From positions 1-45,088 of the IMG/VR virus record IMGVR_UViG_3300038701_001628: DNA of 45,088 nt; one strand, given 5' to 3'. The notes beneath the pieces were generated by a model. That model saw nothing but the letters and a program-made list of their open reading frames with translations. It was not told the DNA's origin and made no database searches. The position numbers and the translations under genes were made by a program. Shown here piece by piece: positions 16,063-24,462 of the stretch; positions within the stretch are counted from its first letter, which is position 1, and each line of letters starts with the position of its first letter. This DNA comes from a virus.

Positions 16063-19000
16063 CCACACTGAATTTAGATAATATTGATCTTGGTGCATTC
16101 GGACCAACTGATGAGAATGAAAAAACTGTAGACCAAGTTGTTGATCAACAACGACAGCAACAACTTGGTGCCACATTGGGTGAAGCTATCAAGGTTAACC
16201 CAGATCAACAAGCCAAGATCAACAAGTTATCTAAAGAATCAGGTGTACCACCTGCTGCTGTAGAGTCTGACCCCACGTCCATTGAGACAAATCTTAAGTT
16301 AAAGAAGATCGACCTCAAGTCAATGACTCGCACCAACCCTGCTGTCAGTAAATTCTTGAACGACTTTGATCGTGCATCTGTGTCTCATGATGATATTGAT
16401 TCATTGAAGGCTTTAGAAGACGCGGTTGCCACTCTGCATCTACCCTCAAAACAGCAAGTTGCTGATAATTCTGAAGACAAGAATGGTTATCTGTCCAATG
16501 TAGGCCGAGGTGTCGGCGAGCGTGTGACCGAGCTGCTTGGGTCATTATATGGGTTTGCTGCCCAGGGTGGTGAGTACCTTGACGAAAAGTTCCCCGTAGG
16601 TGGGTTTGTATTTGAAGACTCACTACTTCCGAGATATGCCGGACCTGAAGAATGGAAGCAGTTGCAAGAAAAAGGAATGGACGACCTTGTTGCTCGGACT
16701 GGTAAGATCCTCAAAGACACCAACTTTGGTTATATACCTCAAGCCACATGGGAGACTACCAAGGAAGCCTACGCATCTGGCGACGTACTTGATGCTGCAG
16801 GTGAGACTTTAGCATTCGGGTTCGAACAAGGCACTCACTCACTTGCTGATATGGCTGCTACCATTTATGCACTTCCAACTTACATTTTGGCCAGGTCACA
16901 AGAGATAGGCGAAAATCGTGCCAAGAATAAAGGTTTAGAAAAAGCAACAATCGAAGAGACGATCGAAGCCGCACCGTTCGCTGTGGGTTCCGCGATATTG
17001 GAACGCATATTGCCTGCTAAAGTTTTTGGTGGTATGAGTAAGAAAGAAGTCAGTCAGGTTGGTAAGGAAGTCCTTAGCCAGTCTGCTAATAAATTGAAAG
17101 AGGTCATGAAGGCCGCTGGTAGTGGTCTGATCATTGAATCCACCACCGAGGCGATCCAAGAGGGTCTGATTGAGTACATCGGTGAGCGTTATGGTACTGA
17201 TGCGCCAATCTTTCTAAGAGAAGCGTTGGATCGTGCTGCAGGGGGTGCTGTCGGTGGCGGTGTAGCTGGTGGTATGTTGAGTGGTACTTCAGCAACAATC
17301 AATGTTGTAGTTAACACACAGACCTCTCAGAAGATGGATGCTGCTGCGCAGGAAGCCCAGCGTCAGGCGATTCAGGCTGACCAAGAGCAACGCACCATCG
17401 ATAACCTTAACGACCTGGCACAAGGCTCAAAGCTGCGTGAGCGTGACCCCGAGTCATTCAAGCAGTTTGTAGAACAGAGCGACGGTGAGAATAACACTCA
17501 CGTATTTATCGACGGTGTGCAAGCTAAACTTTATCTAGCCGACAAAGATGTACAGTCGGACCCAGTGCTACAGATGATCGCTGAGAAAGTAAACGAAGCC
17601 GCCAGTCTGGGCAACGAGGTCGCCATACCTGTTGCAGATTTTGCGACAACTGTAGCAGGTACTCCGCACTTTGAAGCACTTCGTGAGTTCATGACATTAA
17701 GCGGTAAAACCACTGCTCCATTTAGACAAGAACAAGCACAACAAGAAACCCGCGAGTACGTTTCGAAACTGATGGATGACGCCAAAGAGAATGTGTCTCA
17801 GTACGTTGAGTCACAGGAGATCTTTGAATCTGTTCGTCAACAGCTCGTTGATACCGGGATGGTCAATGCTCAAAATGCAGGAGTGATGGCTCAAGTCGTA
17901 CCCGCATGGGCAACAGTGTACGCACAGAAGAATGGTATCTCTGTGCAAGAAGCGTACCAGAAATCAGGTTTAGTTATTGAAGGACCACAAACTGGTCGAG
18001 CTGCAGCACTGCAGGCTGAAGAAGTTACACCCCCAGTAATTCCAGAAGAACAGATTCAAGAGCGTATCGTCACACGTGAGCCTGTCACAGATCGTCGGCA
18101 ATCAGACACAAGTAACGACGTTTCGGAACAGCGCCAGGGTGATCGTCGTTCGGATGACGCGCGTCGTGAGCGCATTGCGAACATGACTCCTGAAGAACAA
18201 TACAAGGCGATCTACACCAATGAATTGACTGGTTTAAACAATCGCCGCGCATTCGAGGAAGATTTACCAAACTCACCCGTTGTAGTTAGCATCGACGTTG
18301 ACTCACTCAAAACAGTGAACGACAACTTAGGTCATGATTCAGGCGATCAGTTACTCAAGGTCGCTGGTAAAGCGATCTACGAAGCCACAGGCGGTAAGGC
18401 TTATCACATCAGTGGCGATGAATTCTATGTACTTGGTGACAATCAAGCTGAGATAGAAAGCAACTTAGAAGCTGCTCGACAAGCATTAAGCAACTCTGTT
18501 GTTGCTTCTGAACGCGGTGCACTAACTGGTGTTGATTTCACTTACGGTGCTGCAGATAACAAAGCCGATGCAGACCATGCGATGGAGCAGGCTAAGGGTG
18601 ATCGTGAGGCGCGTGGTGAGCGAGTACCACGTGGTGAGTTGCCGCGAGGTATGGTGTTGAATGAGAAATTGAATCAAGTTGCTAACGAGAGTGTTGAAGA
18701 ATTCAGTAACAGAATTGCAAAAGAACAAGGTCTTGAGGATTTTTTCTTAATAGAGAAACGCAACGGTGACATTGAGCTTGCTAATTTTGTAGTACCAAAA
18801 ACCGATCAAAAGTCAGGTAAAGGTACTGCTACAATGCAGGCTCTGATTCAATTCGCCGACCTTAACAATAAGCGAATTGTTCTTGATCCTGCATTGAAAG
18901 ATGACAGAAAAGGAACAACAAGTAGAGGTCGTTTAGTTAAATTCTATAAACGATTTGGATTTGTCGAGAATAAGGGTCGCAATAAAGACTTTGAAATCAG

Positions 19001-22000
19001 TGGGTCAATGTATCGTGAAGCGTCAGAGACTTTTGCTCAATCGGTTGATCAGACTCAGACTGAAGCATTTAGGAAGTGGTCTGAAGGTGGTGAAGTTGTT
19101 GAAGATTATGATGTTAACGATTATGAGTTCAAACAAGACACACCGGTTGTGTTGAAAGTCTACCACGGGACTACTCACAAGTTCAGCGTATTTGAAGCAC
19201 TTCGTGGAAATCTTGAAGGCCAGTTTGGAGCTGTAAATTACTTCACAAGTAGCGAGTATGATGCTGAACAAAACCACGCTGGTGAAGGTCCAGATCTAAC
19301 TAATCGGATTGACCGTCGTGCAGAACAGTTGACAGATGATATTCAAGAGATTATTGATGAATCAGGATTAGACGCGGCAATTGAACAATTTATACCAGGT
19401 GTAGATCAATTCATAGAAGATGCTTCTGACATTGCGCAAGTTCTTGCAAAGAAAGAATTGTCAGGTGGTGAAGAACTCACGATGGAGTTGTTCGTCAAAG
19501 TTAAAAACCCGTTTGTAATCGGTGAGAATGCTGAGTGGTTAGAATTTGTCGACAATGACTCAATTCGATCACAAGCTGAAGAGAAAGTTGCTGAAGATAA
19601 TGATGTGGACGTTGATGAGGTTGTCAATAACTTTGAAGAATATGAAGACCAAATCTATGATGCGATTTATGAAATTGAAGCCGAAACCCCAAATCAACTG
19701 ATTGAAGCAATTCAGGAAATATCTGATCGTCACGGAATTGATCCTAGTAATCTGCTCGCTCAAGTTTATGAATTAGGTTCAGAAGCAAAACCTGAAGTCA
19801 TTGAAGACCTGCTACGAACAAGTGAAGATTACCAATATGTAGAAGGTGATCAAGGTGAGTTAATTGGTTCACAGTTGATAGCTGAAGTAATTGAAGAGAT
19901 GGGGTTTGATTCAATCATTCTTCGAAATGCTGAAGACCGATTCAGTGCAATGGACATCCCTCAATCAACTGCACATGTTCATATTTTTGACAGCGGTAAA
20001 ACTAATATCAAAGCTGTTAATAATCAGGGTACTTTTGATCCTGAGAATCCAGACATCTATAAACAAAAAGAACGCGGATACTACGAACCAAGCCGCTCGT
20101 TAATCCGTCTTACTGAGTCTGCGGATCTTAGTACATTCCTTCATGAGTTTGCTCACTTCATGTATGAAATGGAGTTGAACTCTACTGACTCCCTTGATGG
20201 TAAGAACACTGTTGCAAGTATTCACAAGTGGTTTAAGCGTAACTCTAAAGATGTTGCGAAAGAAGCTAATTCTTACTTGGGTAGATCGGGTGCATTAGAG
20301 CAACCTGCTTTCCACGGCACTGCGCATCAGTTTGACAAGTTCAGTCTCGAAGCTATCAACACTGGTGAAGGTAACCAAACTTACGGGTGGGGGTTGTACT
20401 TCGCAAGTAAAAAATCAATTGCTGATTTTTACAAAGACAAGTTCCAAGGTCGCACTGTAGAAGTTGAAGTTCCTGAAAATAGTGAACTCTTAGACTATAA
20501 CGCACCGTTGTCATCTCAACCTGGGATGATGGAAAAACTCAACATCAAAGAAAAGTCTGTTTACCTTGACACCGAGCTGACTCCATCAATGTCAGGTCAG
20601 GAAGTTTATGACCGTCTTGCACGCGGTAGAACGAATCGCGGTGTTAACACCAAACAAGAAGCTTCGGAATATTTGTCATCACTCGGTATACCCGGTCTAA
20701 AATATCGTGACGCAAGTTCTGAAGGTGACAACTTTGTCATCTGGGATGAAGATCGTGTAAGTATCACTGACATTAATGAACAAGAACATCAAGCAGAAAG
20801 ACTCAATCAAGAAGGCGATCCAGACTTCCGTGAACCTCCGAAAGAAATAACTGAAGAAGATATTCTCGTATACCTCGATGTTGGTACCACAAACTTCGCT
20901 GACAAAGATGCTGCTATTCGTCGTGCTACTCATGAGCAGTTTGCTCGCGGATTTGAAACGTACTTAATGGAAGGTAAAGCACCTTCTGCTGAACTGCGTA
21001 ATATTTTCCGCACGTTCGCACGATGGTTAACTCAGATCTACAAATCAGTACGCGGTAATTTACGGGTGAACCTCGACGAAGAAATGCGTGAAGTTTTCAA
21101 TCGTCTACTTGCAACTGAAGAACAGATTGCAGCCGCTGAAGCTCGTGCCAAGTATGCACCAATGTTTAGTAATGCTGCGATGGCGGGAATGACTGAGGAA
21201 GAGTTCAGCAAATACACCGAGCAGCAAGAAAAAACCAAAGACAAAGAAACCGAAACACTACGTGACAAGTTGATTGGTGAAATCACTCGTCAAACTAAAT
21301 CATGGTGGAAGGAAGAGAAACAAGATCTTATTGATGAACAGCTTGACGTTCTCAGTGTTGAGCCTGTTTACCGTGCGACTGAGGGTCTGCGCAACGGTGA
21401 GTTCAAACTTGATCACGCCACTGTGAAAGAGATGGTCGGATTCGAGCGAACTGATAAGCGCGGTATGACTTCAACTCGTGTTCCAGATCAACTACGCGGT
21501 ATGACTGTCAAAGGTGCTAAGGGTGTTCACCCTGATGAAGCCGCTGCATTCTTTGGTTTCAATTCAGGTAGCGAGATGTTGTCTGAAATTATTGATGCTG
21601 TACCCGTCGGTGACAAAGCTGCTGCACAAGCTGAAGAGATTATGCTTGAGCGTCATGGTGACATCATGCACGATGGTACTATTGAGCAGCAAGCCGACGA
21701 AGCATTGCAGAATGAAGAACGCGGTAAGTTGATCCTTCAGGAACTTAAATCACTTCGCAAGGGTACCAATGCGCCAGCGTTAGATCGTGCCACCATCAAA
21801 GCAATGACTGAAGAGAACATTGCTAAACTGAATTACCGTTCCATATTCCCTCAGAAGTACCGTAAAGCTGAGATTCGTGCAGCCCAAGAAGCCGCTGCTG
21901 CATTAGCGAAAGGTGACAAAGAAGCTGCAGCAATGGCGAAGGCTCGTCAAGTTCTAAACTACTATTTGGGAATGGCTGCTACTGATGCACGCAATGACAC

Positions 22001-24443
22001 CTTGAAGATTGTTGATCGTATGTCTCGATACAACAAGAAGAAGGTGCGCGAAGAAATTCAAAAAGCTGAGAATGGTTACTGGGAGCAACTTGTAAAAATT
22101 CTCAACCGGTTCGAATTCCGCAAGTCTGCCACACTGAAACAAGTCGACGAGGTTAACGAAGATATCAACTCGTGGATGAAGGCTCGCATGGATGATGATG
22201 GTGACGCATTGGTGCTATCTCCTGCAGTTCTCAATGAGACATTTGTCACCCATTGGAAAAATGTTCCATACTCTGATCTTCAGGGTATCAATGACTCTGT
22301 GAAGAACATCGAACACGTTGCGCGGTACTCTAACAAACTAACCCGCATGGGTGAAGAGATTGAATTTCGCAAGTTGGTTGACCGGTGGGTTAACCACATG
22401 GAAGAAGCTCAGCCTTCACGTTTCCAGCCACAACGCACCAGTGTAGTCGAGGGTCGCAACTGGGGTCGTTGGGCAATGGCTCAGATGACCAAGATTCCAT
22501 ACATGGCATCGTGGCTTGACGGGGGTGAGCGTGTCGGATTGAGTCATGACATCCTCATCCAACCTATGACCGACGCTGCTGACGCTGAGATCCAGCTATG
22601 GAAGTCAGTAGGCAGTAAGGTCATGGAAGCCATAGAAGGGCGTGACAAGGCTGACATTAAGCGTCACAACCGTAAGATCTTCATCCCTGAGCTAAAGGAC
22701 GCCACTAATGACGGTAACCTCATGGGTCACCAGGTTCTTGCTGTTGCATTGAACACTGGTAACCAGGGCAACTTGCGCAAGATGTTGCTCGGTGAAGGTT
22801 GGGCTAACCCCGAGAACGATGCCGAGATCACTCTGCAAAATCCCAAACTGCAAGCTGTGCTGAAGAACATGACCAAATCTGACTGGGAACTGGTGCAGTT
22901 AATCTGGGATCAGATGGAAGAGTTATACCCGCAGTTAGCAGAAGTACATCGTCGCACTACTGGTTTAGTGCCACCGAAGGTTGACGCAACCCCCGTGCAG
23001 ACTGAGTTCGGCACATTCAAGGGTGGTTACTACCCGGTGAAATATGACTCTAACCGCAGCCATCAGGCTGAGATGAATGAGGATAAGTTGAATGCGCAGA
23101 CTGAGTCGATGTTCAGTACGATCGGGAGTATCCAGGCGTCGGTTAATGCATCAGCTACGAACGAAAGAACCAAGTACTATGCACCGATCAGACTCAGTCT
23201 GGACGTGGTGCCAGGACACTTCCAAGAAACCATTCATTACATCACACACCATGACGCAGTGCGAGAAGTCAACAAGCTGATTCGTAACAAGTCTGTGGCT
23301 GAGACAATTAAAGCAAAACTCGGACCAGAAGAGTACGCTCAACTTAAACCTTGGTTGAACGATCTAGCCAAAGATGGTAAAGAAGCACCTACCAAGATGT
23401 TCTGGGATGACATGCTGGGTCGTCTACGTTTTGGTCTGACACTTGGTACTATGGGTTTCCGTGTCACCACGGGTCTTATCCAGATATCTGGTCTATCGAA
23501 CACTGTGGCTGAAGTCGGCGCTAAGCCTGTGTTACAGGCTGCTCGCAGCATCCTCGGTAGTACAACCAACATGAGGGAAGCTTGGGACTTTGCTAACTCT
23601 AATTCCAAGGTGTTGAACCACAGAACGCAGACTATGGACCGTGAGATCAAGAACGCCATGAATCGCATTGCTGGGAAGCGTGGTATGTTGGCAGCAGTCC
23701 AAGAGGCGTCAATGAAGCACATTGCATATATCCAGACCTACATGGTGGATCTGCCAAGCTGGTACGCTGCGTACATCAAGAAGCTTGATGAAACGGGAGA
23801 TGAGCAAAAAGCGTACCAATATGCTGATTGGGTCGTGGAAAATGTTCAGGGTTCAGGGATGACGAAAGACATGGCACGGATAATGCGTGGTCAGTCAGAA
23901 AGTGGTAGAATGTTCACTATGTTCATGACTTTCTTCAGTTCGTTGTGGAATATGGAACGAGATCTTGTGAAAGGTGCCAGATCCAAGCGTTATTCTATTA
24001 CAACCACTGCAGCTAAGTTGGCATTCTTATTCAGTATCCCAGTTCTATTTGAGATGTTGATGAGAGGTGAGGTTGACGACGATGAGCCAGAAGAGACAAT
24101 GCAGAAGATACTGACCAAGACAGCGACATTCCCTGTACAGTCGGTACCATTCATAAGAGACATTGTCAATGGTGCTACGGGAGAATTCGGTTATAATATA
24201 TCACCGATCGCATCATTGCTTGAAACCGGTACCAGGTCAATACCTGCTCTAGTTGCCGCCCCGTTGACTGACGATGAGATAACTAAGTCTCAAGTCAAAG
24301 GTGCGACCAAGGTTGGTGGGGCTGCACTCGGCATCCCTGGTATCAATCAAGCCTGGGCCACTGGTGAGCATTTGTACGAAGTAATTGAAGATGGTGAAGA
24401 TTTCACTACACAAGAATTCTTGTTTGGTCCAAAGAGAGATTAA
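16059..24443 (+). CDS. giant internal virion / ejection protein (gp16-position), polyvalent multi-enzyme protein
   Basis: Uninterrupted 2794-aa ORF between a gp15-like gene and the tailspike. The C-terminal region has hydrophobic segments (LAFLFSIPVLFEMLM). The central region holds GGDEF, GNAT, ART-like and HExxH motifs (listed separately). Confidence 0.85.
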   Translation: MTTLNLDNIDLGAFGPTDENEKTVDQVVDQQRQQQLGATLGEAIKVNPDQQAKINKLSKESGVPPAAVESDPTSIETNLKLKKIDLKSMTRTNPAVSKFLNDFDRASVSHDDIDSLKALEDAVATLHLPSKQQVADNSEDKNGYLSNVGRGVGERVTELLGSLYGFAAQGGEYLDEKFPVGGFVFEDSLLPRYAGPEEWKQLQEKGMDDLVARTGKILKDTNFGYIPQATWETTKEAYASGDVLDAAGETLAFGFEQGTHSLADMAATIYALPTYILARSQEIGENRAKNKGLEKATIEETIEAAPFAVGSAILERILPAKVFGGMSKKEVSQVGKEVLSQSANKLKEVMKAAGSGLIIESTTEAIQEGLIEYIGERYGTDAPIFLREALDRAAGGAVGGGVAGGMLSGTSATINVVVNTQTSQKMDAAAQEAQRQAIQADQEQRTIDNLNDLAQGSKLRERDPESFKQFVEQSDGENNTHVFIDGVQAKLYLADKDVQSDPVLQMIAEKVNEAASLGNEVAIPVADFATTVAGTPHFEALREFMTLSGKTTAPFRQEQAQQETREYVSKLMDDAKENVSQYVESQEIFESVRQQLVDTGMVNAQNAGVMAQVVPAWATVYAQKNGISVQEAYQKSGLVIEGPQTGRAAALQAEEVTPPVIPEEQIQERIVTREPVTDRRQSDTSNDVSEQRQGDRRSDDARRERIANMTPEEQYKAIYTNELTGLNNRRAFEEDLPNSPVVVSIDVDSLKTVNDNLGHDSGDQLLKVAGKAIYEATGGKAYHISGDEFYVLGDNQAEIESNLEAARQALSNSVVASERGALTGVDFTYGAADNKADADHAMEQAKGDREARGERVPRGELPRGMVLNEKLNQVANESVEEFSNRIAKEQGLEDFFLIEKRNGDIELANFVVPKTDQKSGKGTATMQALIQFADLNNKRIVLDPALKDDRKGTTSRGRLVKFYKRFGFVENKGRNKDFEISGSMYREASETFAQSVDQTQTEAFRKWSEGGEVVEDYDVNDYEFKQDTPVVLKVYHGTTHKFSVFEALRGNLEGQFGAVNYFTSSEYDAEQNHAGEGPDLTNRIDRRAEQLTDDIQEIIDESGLDAAIEQFIPGVDQFIEDASDIAQVLAKKELSGGEELTMELFVKVKNPFVIGENAEWLEFVDNDSIRSQAEEKVAEDNDVDVDEVVNNFEEYEDQIYDAIYEIEAETPNQLIEAIQEISDRHGIDPSNLLAQVYELGSEAKPEVIEDLLRTSEDYQYVEGDQGELIGSQLIAEVIEEMGFDSIILRNAEDRFSAMDIPQSTAHVHIFDSGKTNIKAVNNQGTFDPENPDIYKQKERGYYEPSRSLIRLTESADLSTFLHEFAHFMYEMELNSTDSLDGKNTVASIHKWFKRNSKDVAKEANSYLGRSGALEQPAFHGTAHQFDKFSLEAINTGEGNQTYGWGLYFASKKSIADFYKDKFQGRTVEVEVPENSELLDYNAPLSSQPGMMEKLNIKEKSVYLDTELTPSMSGQEVYDRLARGRTNRGVNTKQEASEYLSSLGIPGLKYRDASSEGDNFVIWDEDRVSITDINEQEHQAERLNQEGDPDFREPPKEITEEDILVYLDVGTTNFADKDAAIRRATHEQFARGFETYLMEGKAPSAELRNIFRTFARWLTQIYKSVRGNLRVNLDEEMREVFNRLLATEEQIAAAEARAKYAPMFSNAAMAGMTEEEFSKYTEQQEKTKDKETETLRDKLIGEITRQTKSWWKEEKQDLIDEQLDVLSVEPVYRATEGLRNGEFKLDHATVKEMVGFERTDKRGMTSTRVPDQLRGMTVKGAKGVHPDEAAAFFGFNSGSEMLSEIIDAVPVGDKAAAQAEEIMLERHGDIMHDGTIEQQADEALQNEERGKLILQELKSLRKGTNAPALDRATIKAMTEENIAKLNYRSIFPQKYRKAEIRAAQEAAAALAKGDKEAAAMAKARQVLNYYLGMAATDARNDTLKIVDRMSRYNKKKVREEIQKAENGYWEQLVKILNRFEFRKSATLKQVDEVNEDINSWMKARMDDDGDALVLSPAVLNETFVTHWKNVPYSDLQGINDSVKNIEHVARYSNKLTRMGEEIEFRKLVDRWVNHMEEAQPSRFQPQRTSVVEGRNWGRWAMAQMTKIPYMASWLDGGERVGLSHDILIQPMTDAADAEIQLWKSVGSKVMEAIEGRDKADIKRHNRKIFIPELKDATNDGNLMGHQVLAVALNTGNQGNLRKMLLGEGWANPENDAEITLQNPKLQAVLKNMTKSDWELVQLIWDQMEELYPQLAEVHRRTTGLVPPKVDATPVQTEFGTFKGGYYPVKYDSNRSHQAEMNEDKLNAQTESMFSTIGSIQASVNASATNERTKYYAPIRLSLDVVPGHFQETIHYITHHDAVREVNKLIRNKSVAETIKAKLGPEEYAQLKPWLNDLAKDGKEAPTKMFWDDMLGRLRFGLTLGTMGFRVTTGLIQISGLSNTVAEVGAKPVLQAARSILGSTTNMREAWDFANSNSKVLNHRTQTMDREIKNAMNRIAGKRGMLAAVQEASMKHIAYIQTYMVDLPSWYAAYIKKLDETGDEQKAYQYADWVVENVQGSGMTKDMARIMRGQSESGRMFTMFMTFFSSLWNMERDLVKGARSKRYSITTTAAKLAFLFSIPVLFEMLMRGEVDDDEPEETMQKILTKTATFPVQSVPFIRDIVNGATGEFGYNISPIASLLETGTRSIPALVAAPLTDDEITKSQVKGATKVGGAALGIPGINQAWATGEHLYEVIEDGEDFTTQEFLFGPKRD
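18201..18608 (+). other. GGDEF (diguanylate-cyclase fold) domain, aa 715-850 of the giant protein
   Basis: ELTGLNNRRAFEEDL...VVVSIDVDSLKTVNDNLGHDSGDQLLK...YHISGDEFYVLG...ADHAMEQAKGDRE. Signature SGDEF at 18411-18425. Confidence 0.75.
18741..18977 (+). other. GNAT N-acetyltransferase-like domain, aa about 895-973
   Basis: Motif A Q-x-x-G-x-G in DQKSGKGTATMQALIQFA, followed by RLVKFYKRFGFVENKG. Confidence 0.55.
19146..20026 (+). other. ART-PolyVal-like module 1
   Basis: VYHGTTHKFSVFE...GAVNYFTSSEYDA...VKVKNPFVIGE...MGFDSIILRN...AHVHIFDSGKTNIKAV fits the remembered HGT / YFT / NP / G.D.I / vF...IK pattern of polyvalent-protein ADP-ribosyltransferase domains. Confidence 0.45.
20142..20156 (+). 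other. HExxH zincin metallopeptidase motif (HEFAH)
   Basis: STFLHEFAHFMYEMEL, aa 1362-1366. Confidence 0.5.
20310..20783 (+). other. ART-PolyVal-like module 2
   Basis: FHGTAHQFDKFS...YGWGLYFASKKSIADFY...LGIPGLKYRD...GDNFVIWDEDRVSITDI. Paralogous to module 1. Confidence 0.45.
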
Positions 24444-24462
24444 ATAATTCGGAGTTAAACCA

